A DNA stretch of 64,000 bases from Candidatus Obscuribacterales bacterium (GCA_965228855.1 CBDDIJ010000005.1:224001-288000); one strand, 5' to 3'. Counted from the first letter of the stretch, positions 1 through 8,663 are shown. The notes: generated by a model not told the origin, from the sequence alone. A program made the numbers and translations.

Positions 1-1
1 A

Positions 2-379
2 ACGAAACCAAATCATCTCCGTCTGCAAGCTGAGTGGCGGACTCTCTATGAATAATTGGAAGTTTCGCAACGTATGCGGATCTCTGATTCTAGCCGCAAT
101 CGTTTGCAACTTATCCGAAGTTATCCGTACGCCTATCTGTGTTCTTGAAGTGGTATCACCAGTTTGGGGTAGATTAAGACCTGAGACGCTAAAACCAACT
201 CGGTTCGGTTGTTTCGACTCGCTAGGAAGCGACGTCTCAATGACTTTCAGAATATTTGACTTTCCAGAGTTGTTGGCTCCAATTAAGAAGTTTAATTTCG
301 ACAGTGGCGCTAGTCGAGCGATGGGCCCACCAAAACTTCGATAACCGCCAAACGCTAATCCTTCAAATCTTATGGACAT
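2..379 (-). CDS. AAA/ABC-type ATPase (AAA_15/AAA_21, OLD-like family), 3' end runs off the window
   Basis: Manual translation from ATG at 379 (GAGG upstream): MSIRFEGLAFGGYRSFGGPIARLAPLSKLNFLIGANNSGKSNILKVIE... Shows the YRSF motif and Walker A GANNSGKS; open to the window edge. Not in the ORF track. Confidence 0.88.
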   Translation of the reverse strand, partial: MSIRFEGLAFGGYRSFGGPIARLAPLSKLNFLIGANNSGKSNILKVIETSLPSESKQPNRVGFSVSGLNLPQTGDTTSRTQIGVRITSDKLQTIAARIRDPHTLRNFQLFIESPPLSLQTEMIWFR

Positions 380-905
380 TCCGACCTCGCACTCCTTGCA
401 AAGCTGTCAACCACAAAATTACTCCGTCTGAATGTTATTCACATTAATGAACGTGCGTCATCTGAAGAGAGATGCAGTTGAACTATCAAAATTCCGGCAG
501 CAAGACCGAGTGCCACATTTGAGAGAAGCCATTTCGGGGCTAAATGACGTTCGATACACTATTCCATGTGAGTTCAAGCAATTTTTGTGAACTAGATATG
601 TTGAATCCCTTAGCTGTCTACAGCATTCGGCTGTGGACGCTTGGGCTCACGAACACCGGCAGTTTTCACAGTGGAGCTTTAAGAGAGGCGCTGCAACATT
701 GGAGACGTAAGCTTTCTGTTTCTGCCGATGCACCGCATCTAGTGTCACGCCGCAAGAGTCGCAGATCTGCAACATAGCGATCTGATAAGTCAACCATCCC
801 TTGACAATCAGTGATTTAATCTTGGTCCTTTATGGGCGCGCAACTTCGAGCGCTTGACGTCCACGTCATTAATTAGGGAAATCTACTATACTAGGATACA
901 CTTGT

Positions 906-1901
906 ATGGGTACCTGGAAGCGACCAATGCCATTTGACGTTGTGACAAAACTGAGTTTGCCAATTTTAGCGCTCGTGCAATCAGGCATGAGTCGTAGTCA
1001 GATTCACGCGCATATTCCGCTTCTGGAGGGTAAAGCGGTTCAGACACCGCAAGACTTGGTCGAAGCACTCAGATCGCCAGCTGATAGTATTGATGCTTTT
1101 GGCAGTGCTTGGAGCAACTCACTACGTACAGTCGAGCGTTGCGAGAAGCTCGGAGTTAGCATACTGTCTTTGTTCGATTCCAACTTTCCTAACCGGTTGC
1201 GCTCAATCAAGGACAGTCCAGTTTTACTATTTGCTAGAGGCGACGTCAGCGCGCTTCGTGCGCCGATCTCAGCCGCTGTGATAGGGACCCGCGAACCAAC
1301 TGCTTATGGTCAGGGGGCCGCATACAAAATAGCCCGTTATCTCGCGGAGTGCGGTTTGGCAGTGGTTAGTGGGCTCGCTCGAGGATGCGATACGCAGGCT
1401 CACCGTGGCTGTATCGATGGTTTTGGGCAAACAGTCGCGGTACTTGCTCATGGTCTGGACACTGTTTATCCTCCAGAAAACGCGGGTCTTGCTTTTCGGA
1501 TTGTGGAAAGTGGCGGTTGCCTGCTTTCGGAATACGCGCCGGGTGTCAGACCAGGCGGATTTGCTTTCGTAGAACGAGACCGACTTCAGAGTGGTCTTAG
1601 TGACGCAACTATTGTGATTGAGACTGGTGTCAAAGGCGGTACACTCCACACTGCAAATTTCTGCTTGCAACAAGGTCGCATACTTGCAGTGATGGCGCAC
1701 CCGCCGAAACTGCAGAATGCTGAGAAGGCTCAGGGAAATAAGATGCTCATTCAAAAGCGAGGCGCTCTAGCAATCGCGAATCGTGAAGAACTGGAGACTA
1801 AAGTGCTTAGTTTTATGCTGAGCTGCAGAGCTGGCAAAGAAGATCCGGCAGACTGGAAACCTAATAAACAGCTTTCGGTTTTGTTGAAATGTGCGCCTTG
1901 A
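906..1901 (+). CDS. DprA/Smf-like (SLOG Rossmann) protein, copy 1
   Basis: Motifs AVIGTREPT, VSGLARGCDTQAH, AHGLDTVYP, ERDRLQSGLS, GGTLHTA. No obvious C-terminal winged helix. Confidence 0.92.
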   Translation: MGTWKRPMPFDVVTKLSLPILALVQSGMSRSQIHAHIPLLEGKAVQTPQDLVEALRSPADSIDAFGSAWSNSLRTVERCEKLGVSILSLFDSNFPNRLRSIKDSPVLLFARGDVSALRAPISAAVIGTREPTAYGQGAAYKIARYLAECGLAVVSGLARGCDTQAHRGCIDGFGQTVAVLAHGLDTVYPPENAGLAFRIVESGGCLLSEYAPGVRPGGFAFVERDRLQSGLSDATIVIETGVKGGTLHTANFCLQQGRILAVMAHPPKLQNAEKAQGNKMLIQKRGALAIANREELETKVLSFMLSCRAGKEDPADWKPNKQLSVLLKCAP

Positions 1902-2413
1902 AATTTGACGGAATCATTTTTGATCTCGATATGACTTTGGTGGATTCAAGATGCATCGCTCATCATCATGCCCGGTTTCAAAGAACCCACTTCGCAAAGG
2001 CAATCGAGAAAGTCCCGCTGATAGTTGTGTATCCTGGTGTGCGAGAGCTGCTCGCAAGTGCAAGCGCGAAAGGGTTGCCAACGATAATAGTGACTAATTC
2101 AAAAGGCGACTACTGTAACGCGGTTGTTAAGCACCATAGATTGCCGGTCAAGGATAGTATCTGCTTTGGTGATACCGAGAGACGAAAACCGCATCCAGAG
2201 CCAATGCTACTCGCAGCTAAGCGATTGAACATTAGTCCGGATAAGATTGTGGCAATCGGAGATCGCCATTACGACATCGCGGCAGCAAATGAGGCAGGAA
2301 TGATAAGCGTAGCAGCTCTTTGGGCATGCACCGCTCCAGCCAGCGTGAAGGCGGCCAATCCTGCTCATTTGTGCTCAAGCGTAGAAGAGTTTGCGAGGTT
2401 GGTAGGCTTGTGA
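1889..2413 (+). CDS. HAD-family hydrolase/phosphatase
   Basis: Motif I FDLDMTLVDS, motif II VTNS, KPHPEP, motif IV GDRHYDIAAA. Alternative start TTG at 1898 overlaps the upstream stop (TTGA). Confidence 0.93.
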   Translation: MCALKFDGIIFDLDMTLVDSRCIAHHHARFQRTHFAKAIEKVPLIVVYPGVRELLASASAKGLPTIIVTNSKGDYCNAVVKHHRLPVKDSICFGDTERRKPHPEPMLLAAKRLNISPDKIVAIGDRHYDIAAANEAGMISVAALWACTAPASVKAANPAHLCSSVEEFARLVGL

Positions 2414-2421
2414 GGTGGTAA

Positions 2422-3393
2422 ATGTCTGATACCGCAATCGGTGATCCGAAGGTTCCGTTCTCTACGACTAACATTGTCCACGCGCTCAATTACGCAGTGT
2501 TGTCGCGACTGCTAAACTATTCCGATTCTAGGCTTCATGCGCTACGCCCTCAATGGGACGAGATAATGTTTATGAACCGCCTGATAATTAGACAACCCGA
2601 AGCGGTGATGAGGGAGTTGAGCGTTGAGTTTGTGAAGCTCCAAGAGGCTTACGAGGATGTACTGAGAAGTTTTCGCTCCAGCTCCGCGGAGGAAGTTCAG
2701 GTCCTCACCATTAAGGATCCGCTCTACCCTCAGCATCTTAAGGGGCTACATAGACCGCCGCCCGTATTGTTTCTTCAAGGGCAGCCTAATTTATTTGAAA
2801 AGCGAAGTGTGGCCGTCGTCGGAACGCGCAGCCCTTCGGAGGAAGGAGCCCGCCGAGCTCAGCGGATTTGTATCGAACTCGCGGAGTTCGGATTGAATGT
2901 CGTATCCGGACTGGCAAAAGGGATCGATACATTCTCACATACCGCAACTCTCAAGGCCGGAGGCACGGCAATCGCTGTGATTGGGACGCCACTGGGGCAA
3001 GCTTCGCCGCGGCAGAACTCTGCGCTTCAGGAAATAATCGCGAAGAATCATCTACTAGTCTCACAGTTTGCGCCTGGGCATCCAGTAAAAAAGTGGAACT
3101 TCCCGCTACGCAACAATACTATGGTTGGTTTAAGCGACGCTACGGTTATAGTGGAAGCTAGTACCGAGGGTGGTGGCGCAAAGATTCAGGGTGAATACTG
3201 CCTTAAAGCTGGAAGGAAATTGTTTATCATGAAGAGTTTCGCATCCAGGCAGACGCCTTGGGTTAACAGTTTCATCGAAAGAGGGGCAACCGTACTAGAT
3301 AGCGTAGACGTGCTACTGGGCGAACTTCGGTCAGCGACTCCTCCGACGAGCTCTTCCGGAGGATTTGCATTAGCGGCGAGGAAATCGAATTAG
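2422..3393 (+). CDS. DprA/Smf-like (SLOG) protein, copy 2, ShosA-like
   Basis: AVVGTRSPS, VSGLAKGIDT, AVIGTPL, NFPLRNNTM, ATVIVEA. RBS GAGGTGG overlaps the HAD stop. Confidence 0.9.
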   Translation: MSDTAIGDPKVPFSTTNIVHALNYAVLSRLLNYSDSRLHALRPQWDEIMFMNRLIIRQPEAVMRELSVEFVKLQEAYEDVLRSFRSSSAEEVQVLTIKDPLYPQHLKGLHRPPPVLFLQGQPNLFEKRSVAVVGTRSPSEEGARRAQRICIELAEFGLNVVSGLAKGIDTFSHTATLKAGGTAIAVIGTPLGQASPRQNSALQEIIAKNHLLVSQFAPGHPVKKWNFPLRNNTMVGLSDATVIVEASTEGGGAKIQGEYCLKAGRKLFIMKSFASRQTPWVNSFIERGATVLDSVDVLLGELRSATPPTSSSGGFALAARKSN

Positions 3394-4703
3394 TGTTCTT
3401 TTCGATCGAGCGAGTGCGAAACGTTTTTGTTTGTGTGCACGACTTTTCGCTACGCAACTCAGTACTAATAGCTGAGATTTCCAGCCGATTCTCCGGCTTC
3501 AATGTAGTTTGGTTATCTCTGGAGTCTGATGATTGGTGGACGGACTGCAAATTGTCCGAGCCGTACACCCCTACATCCAGTATAGAATCAAGCTTGTTTC
3601 AAAACGTCATGCGGCGTGCGATGCGTGAAGAGAATATGAAGCGTTGCGAAACTGTGGTTGTGTCCACGCATCCGAGAGCACTTAGAGCCGCTGTCAAGCT
3701 TTTACTTGGAACGATCTATCTCGATCTTGACAAAAACATCAACAAAACAGATGCTATTGACATCGGAGTCGACTTTCAGGCCTCTTCAGCGGATGACGCA
3801 GCAAGTCAGCTAAGCGGCAGCACAGTTGGGTTCGCTACTGAGTTCTTCGCAAAAACATCTATCAACTATCAGGGAACGCCTTGGCAGGCGACCACAAGGG
3901 GTGGTAGATTGCTTAGCTATGGCTGGTTAGACAATCAAGAGACTAGGACCAAGGAATTCTATGGAGGGCGTTACTTTAGCGACTGCCGCCACGACTTACA
4001 TCCTTTAAGCCTTCGGATTATAGATTCAAAAAAATTCTGGAAAAAACAAATACCGGCCTTCAGAGAGGCCTTCGCTTTCCTGATTAAGTGCGCCACTAGT
4101 GGGAACTATGACCTTATAGCGCATGTCCCTCCTAAACCTGGACAACAAGATCGGTTTAAAGAAATACTACAAGAGATTCACCTAGAAGCAGAATTGAAAG
4201 AGTACGGTGCAACTGCAGCGCAACAGAGAAATGACCTTCTGACTTGTGTGCGCGACTACGGATCTATCAAAAACTTTGCCGCCGTTCAAAGAAAGCAAAT
4301 GGTCCAAGGCGCGTTCGTTGCTTCCGATGCTGTAGCAGGTAAGCGGGTAGTGCTCCTCGATGATGTGCGCACCACAGGTAGCACCACCGGCGAATGCGCG
4401 AAAGTTTTACGTGAGGCGGGCGCCGTTTCTGTCGTCCCGATATGCCTAGCATACAAGCCTTTTCATGATTTAAATTTCGGGATAGAAGATACACCTCCGT
4501 ACAGCAAATGCTGCGACTGGCCGGGCAGCATTCTCGTAACAAAAGGGGGAGAGGTGCTTTATGGTTGCTCCGCGTATCATTCAGGAGATAAAACTTCTCA
4601 CAAATATCAAAATTTCTGTGAAGTTCGAAGAATTATGCTCGAACAATCTGAGGCGGATCTTATGCGCGAGGACGATGAGCTTCGCGCAAACGTACCGTAT
4701 TAG
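3393..4703 (+). CDS. Phosphoribosyltransferase (ComF/ShosT-like) with degenerate HAD-like N-terminus and C-terminal Cys cluster
   Basis: PRPP-binding loop VVLLDDVRTTGSTT, HVPPKP and G+YF motifs, C-terminal KCCDWPG...LYGCSAY Zn-ribbon-like segment. GTG start overlaps the upstream TAG. Confidence 0.85.
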   Translation: MFFSIERVRNVFVCVHDFSLRNSVLIAEISSRFSGFNVVWLSLESDDWWTDCKLSEPYTPTSSIESSLFQNVMRRAMREENMKRCETVVVSTHPRALRAAVKLLLGTIYLDLDKNINKTDAIDIGVDFQASSADDAASQLSGSTVGFATEFFAKTSINYQGTPWQATTRGGRLLSYGWLDNQETRTKEFYGGRYFSDCRHDLHPLSLRIIDSKKFWKKQIPAFREAFAFLIKCATSGNYDLIAHVPPKPGQQDRFKEILQEIHLEAELKEYGATAAQQRNDLLTCVRDYGSIKNFAAVQRKQMVQGAFVASDAVAGKRVVLLDDVRTTGSTTGECAKVLREAGAVSVVPICLAYKPFHDLNFGIEDTPPYSKCCDWPGSILVTKGGEVLYGCSAYHSGDKTSHKYQNFCEVRRIMLEQSEADLMREDDELRANVPY

Positions 4704-4953
4704 AGACTCTTTAGTGTGCCTTCAGATGAGAACAGCCCTATCGAGCACTTTTGCTCAAGACCAAGAACTTACAGACGGTCCATTCTCCTAATTTGATGTG
4801 TCACACTTTGCTACGCCTGCGGAAGCAGCGACGCATCACCCTCGACAACGTCCTGCTTGAACTCGAAACCGGGCTATTCACCGATGCCCTTGCAATCTAT
4901 GACAGATACATCATGAAGCTTGCCTTCATCACTCCCAAAGAGGAGTGCTGTGT

Positions 4954-5214
4954 TTAGTGGCGAGATTTGCCAGGCTTTGCATAGAGAGCGCTTAGAAACG
5001 ATGCAATCTCACATCCTTCAAAGTTCGCGGGTTGTCCGTCATTGCGCATCATCAACTCGTCACGAGCTGCTTGCTCCAACGTTGCCTCGTCGCGATTCAG
5101 TGCCTTTATCGCTTTTTCTAAGGACGTCTGAATCAATCTTCTGTTCAAGCTTGGCTGCAAGTCTGATTGCCAGGAATAGAAGACTGAGAGTATTCTTTCT
5201 TCAGCAGCGCTCAT
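4954..5214 (-). pseudogene. Truncated N-terminus of a 'VFYSWQSD' TIR/nucleoside-deoxyribosyltransferase-like protein
   Basis: VFYSWQSDLQPSLNRRLIQTSLEKAIKAL matches the family start. The resemblance is lost after about 55 aa. Confidence 0.55.
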
Positions 5215-5602
5215 TTATTCCGAGCCTCCGATCATTGGTGTCGTATGCGGTGCCATCCAACTTTCTCTCCGGCTTACTCGGAGAATAGCCATTGCCCGAC
5301 AAGAGTGAATCCTGGCAAAATTTTCCGAGAGCAAGCGACCGATGTGAAGCTTGCGTAGGTAGGCTTTAAGGCCGCTTTGTGCATGGACTGGACGGCTCGA
5401 CATGTCCAGGTTAACGAGCTGCTGAAGGGGACGCAGCTCATTTGCCATGAGTGCAAGTCGCAAAAAATATTGGCAATGCGGCTAAACCGCTGCGCGATTA
5501 AGATCAAATTTACAACATCCGGGTTGGGTGTCCATAATCAATAAACGTAGACAAGACAAACGCATTGTGAATGCCGTCAGCCAACATGTGTCCGTGACGG
5601 GT

Positions 5603-6667
5603 TCAGCGGATAACTAACTCACGAGCAAGATTAACCTCGTTAATGTGCACCCATACCAAACCTTTGCAGAATTCACAGGTCCCAGCATATGCATGACGAT
5701 TCGATTTTAGGATGCTCTGATTCCAGCTTGAACGATCAATGACTGTTTCAACACACTGGCCGCAACAGATATCCTTACCACGAATGTATGCCTGAGTTCG
5801 CTTCTTGGCACCTGCGGCACGAATCTTCTTCACGTGCGACTCTCGAATTCGCCTGTCAGCTCGGTGAGCGGCGTTGATTTCATGTGTTATAAACCCAACG
5901 CATTTCAAAAGGTAGTCTTTTTTATACGCCCCAAGTTCGTCCTTGAACGTACAGTGTGGCACTCTTGGTCCGTCTCCGGTTCCTGCTGTGGGATCTGAAC
6001 CACCACCGTGACTATGAAACGTCCAACAATATTTGCACCAAACTACTAAAGAATGGCAATCAAGCCTAGTTTCAGAGGGAACCGCGTACGCGGGAAGAGT
6101 CACATGTCCATTCTCATCAACGGCTAGCGGACGACAGTGCTCACATTCGTGTTCACGGAAATCACGGTTCGGCTTGGACTCCTTAAACGGTGCCGGCCAA
6201 GGAATGGAATTCTCGGGCCATGGTTTGAGAAGCGCGATGTCATTGCTTATCCGACGTTTGAGCTTTGGTTGTTGATGAATCGTCGCCTCCAGGACTGACA
6301 TGGCGTCAAGCAACATTACCAAATGCTTCTTTGTCGTCGAACTGCCAGACTTAGAAACGCATTCCGAAATTTCACTAAAATAGGTCTTCTGTCTTGAGAC
6401 ATCCTCATTCAGATACTCAGAGAGTGGCGGGTATTGATCAGCGCCACCGTAATAAATGTTCGGTGCATCACGTTCGACCACTCGCCAATAATCGTTATCC
6501 AACTCCGATTTAAACGAAGAAAAAAGCGAACATATCTTGGTGATGTTTCTATACGCAGTCGATTGACGTCCGAACATTCGGCTTATTTCTAGAAAAAGGC
6601 GCTCCCATCTACTTTGACTCTGACGCAGTTGGGGGGCAAAAGACTGATGCTGTTTAACAGTAAGCAT
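5603..6667 (-). CDS. Hypothetical protein with several Cys/His clusters (putative metal binding)
   Basis: Long ORF; likely ATG at 6667 after GAGGA (ORF track extends to 6721). Clusters HECEHC, CKYCWTFHSHG, RVPHC, CCGQC, CEFC. Confidence 0.6.
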   Translation of the reverse strand: MLTVKQHQSFAPQLRQSQSRWERLFLEISRMFGRQSTAYRNITKICSLFSSFKSELDNDYWRVVERDAPNIYYGGADQYPPLSEYLNEDVSRQKTYFSEISECVSKSGSSTTKKHLVMLLDAMSVLEATIHQQPKLKRRISNDIALLKPWPENSIPWPAPFKESKPNRDFREHECEHCRPLAVDENGHVTLPAYAVPSETRLDCHSLVVWCKYCWTFHSHGGGSDPTAGTGDGPRVPHCTFKDELGAYKKDYLLKCVGFITHEINAAHRADRRIRESHVKKIRAAGAKKRTQAYIRGKDICCGQCVETVIDRSSWNQSILKSNRHAYAGTCEFCKGLVWVHINEVNLARELVIR

Positions 6668-6830
6668 GACAAATCCTCGATGAAATTTTAGGGAACTCGG
6701 AATGGGCGCGCGTAGCGCCACTGAATTTCGCCCGGGTTCGGAATGCCACTAGAGTAGCCGATACCAATCAATCTGGAAAGACGGCCGAGCACATGCACAG
6801 TGCATATCGGATTTCGTCTTTCCACATCCA

Positions 6831-6854
6831 TACCAAATAAAGTACAAAATAAAG
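6831..6854 (+). repeat. 12-bp tandem direct repeat TACCAAATAAAG/TACAAAATAAAG, possible integrase arm-type site
   Basis: Two adjacent copies with one mismatch, about 75 bp downstream of the integrase remnant. Confidence 0.4.
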
Positions 6855-6929
6855 TGCGTCAGAATCGCAATCTTCAGACTTGTGGTGACGTCTATTTAAC
6901 AACGTACAACTTTCGAGCAAGCTTCTCCG

Positions 6930-7180
6930 TCAAGTCACCTTCCAGTGAATCAACTTCCAATACCTGCTCTGGTCGGGCGTCAGGGATGCGAAATATTCCC
7001 CGAGTTGGTCAAGCGCATCTCGTTTATCTTTGTCAGCGAACCGCACATAGATCTGCGTGGATTGGCTGTCTGGGTGTTAAAACTTTACCGATCAGATGCA
7101 ATGGCACACCTTGTTGCACCAAAAACGAAGCACCGGTCATTCGGAGATCGTGGATTCGAACATCCTCGACATTGGCACGC
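6930..7180 (-). pseudogene. C-terminal remnant of a tyrosine recombinase/integrase, frameshifted
   Basis: Manual translation: RANVEDVRIHDLRMTGASFLVQQGVPLHLIGKVL, frameshift, then HPDSQSTQIYVRFAD. This is the HxxR ... H ... Y box II. Not in the ORF track. Confidence 0.85.
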
Positions 7181-7265
7181 CCCCTCGACTCCTCGGCTGT
7201 CACCAATTGTGATGCCTTCGTCTTTGATTATATTTGAAAGTGCCTGAATCAGATTGAAACCACTT

Positions 7266-7283
7266 CTCTACATGGTCTCTACA
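7266..7283 (+). repeat. Tandem CTCTACA-N4-CTCTACA, putative integrase arm-type sites
   Basis: The same 11-bp-period motif occurs at 25836-25853 next to tRNA-Pro. A variant lies at 22968-22986 just before the second integrase. Confidence 0.6.
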
Positions 7284-7307
7284 AAATTACGAACCAGCAC
7301 GACAATT

Positions 7308-8608
7308 TGAGTGGCCCGAGACATAGGTAACAGATCGTTCCGGAGACATAGGTTACACTTTTGCGTTTTCTTAACGAGGACCGAGGTGGATGCCGTGGAA
7401 GGAGAGTTCTGTTTTGGACGAGAGAATACGTTTCGTTATTCGCCACAAAGATGGTGAGGACATGAGTTCGCTGTGTCGTGAATTTGGTATTTCACGAAAG
7501 ACCGGATACAAAATCATCGAGCGCTATGAGCAGTGCGGTTTCGACGGTTTAACCGATCGGAGTCGAAGACCCATTCGATATGCGAACGCCATGCCGCCTC
7601 AGGTTGAAGCGGCGATTGTTGCTGCGAAAAAAGAAAAACCCAGCTGGGGTGCGCGAAAAATTCGCGAACGCCTGGTGCGTACATTGCCGCATGAGATCAA
7701 AGTGCCAGCGATCAGCACTATCCATACCGTTCTTGACAGATACGACCTCGTGAAGAAAGAAAAGAGAAGAAGACAACGCACACAAGGCACATCATTGTCA
7801 GAGGGTGCTCAACCCAATGATCTTTGGTGCACAGACTAGAAGGGTGAATTTCAGCTAGGTAACAACCAGTACTGTTACCCACTGACCGTCACTGATCATG
7901 CATCTCGCTATCTACTGCTGTGCGAGGCGATGGAATCAAACAAAGAACAATTTGCTCTAACTGCATTCGAGAGACTATTCAAAGAACGAGGGATGCCGCA
8001 GGCCATCCGCTCTGACAACGGTGTTCCATTTGCGTCTCCGAATGGCTTGTTCAACCTGTCGAAACTATCCGTGTTCTGGTTACGGCTGGGCATCAGTATT
8101 GAGCGAATTAGACCCGGGCACCCACAGCAAAATGGTAGGCACGAACGCATGCATCTAACTCTCAAGAAGGAGGCTACAAGACCAGCAGGAGCAAATATTT
8201 TTCAACAACAGGCAAAGTTTGATACGTTTATCGATGAGTTCAACAACGAACGACCACACGCCGCGCTGGAAATGAAGTTTCCTTCGGAAATCTATGTCGC
8301 TTCGACTAGAGTCTATGAAGGCATTCCTGAACCTCATTATCCATTTCACGACAAAACGGTGAACGTCACAAACTGCGGCCGCCTGTGCCTTTACCGAAAG
8401 AAAATAAATCTTACTCGAAGTCTCGCAGGACAAGCAGTTGGAGTGAAGGAAGTCGATGACGGCGTTTGGTTAGTGAGCTTTATGCAGTATGATTTAGGAT
8501 ACGTGGACCTAGAGGAAAAAACTTTGCAGCCGCTCGAAAATCCGTTTGGGCCGAAAGTGTAACCCTTGTCTTCGGAACGTTCTGTAACCCTTGTGTCCGG
8601 GCCGGACA
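7308..8608 (+). mobile_element. IS481-family insertion sequence
   Basis: Imperfect ~54-bp terminal inverted repeats (7308-7361 and 8554-8608), each with internally duplicated GACA..GGT.ACA units. Transposase stop lies inside the right IR. No target duplication visible. Confidence 0.9.
7390..8562 (+). pseudogene. IS481-family DDE transposase with one in-frame TAG (7837-7839)
   Basis: ORFs 7390-7839 and 7930-8562 share a frame (391 codons in total). MPWKE HTH start, PNDLWCTD*KGEF, IRSDNGVPF, PQQNGRHER. Confidence 0.92.
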
Positions 8609-8621
8609 CCCGGAAAACGAC

Positions 8622-8663
8622 CGCGCCCTGTAGGACTCGAACCTACGACCTCTTGGTTCGAAG
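8622..8663 (-). other. 3' half of tRNA-Arg(UCG), att-core-like fragment
   Basis: Minus strand reads CTTCGAACCAAGAGGTCGTAGGTTCGAGTCCTACAGGGCGCG: anticodon loop, variable loop, complete T-arm and acceptor 3' strand. The 5' half is replaced by unrelated sequence. Confidence 0.85.

Noticed and set aside
48..344. 98-aa plus-strand ORF in the track
   Set aside because: Antisense shadow of the minus-strand ATPase, which has clear Walker A and YRSF motifs.
906..4703. Natural-competence locus (dprA + comF)
   Set aside because: Two DprA copies without a C-terminal winged helix, interleaved HAD genes, a PRTase lacking the ComF N-terminal double zinc finger, and the island context fit a ShosTA-like module better.
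6800..7247. Plus-strand ORFs 6800-7237 and 6945-7247
   Set aside because: Shadows of the minus-strand integrase remnant.
7837..7839. Stop-codon reassignment or pyrrolysine
   Set aside because: TAG ends ordinary genes in this window (e.g. 3393, 4703, 32150) and no pyl genes are present; a point mutation is simpler.
8622..8663. Functional tRNA-Arg gene
   Set aside because: No D-arm or 5' acceptor strand; the tRNA-like sequence ends at the anticodon loop.
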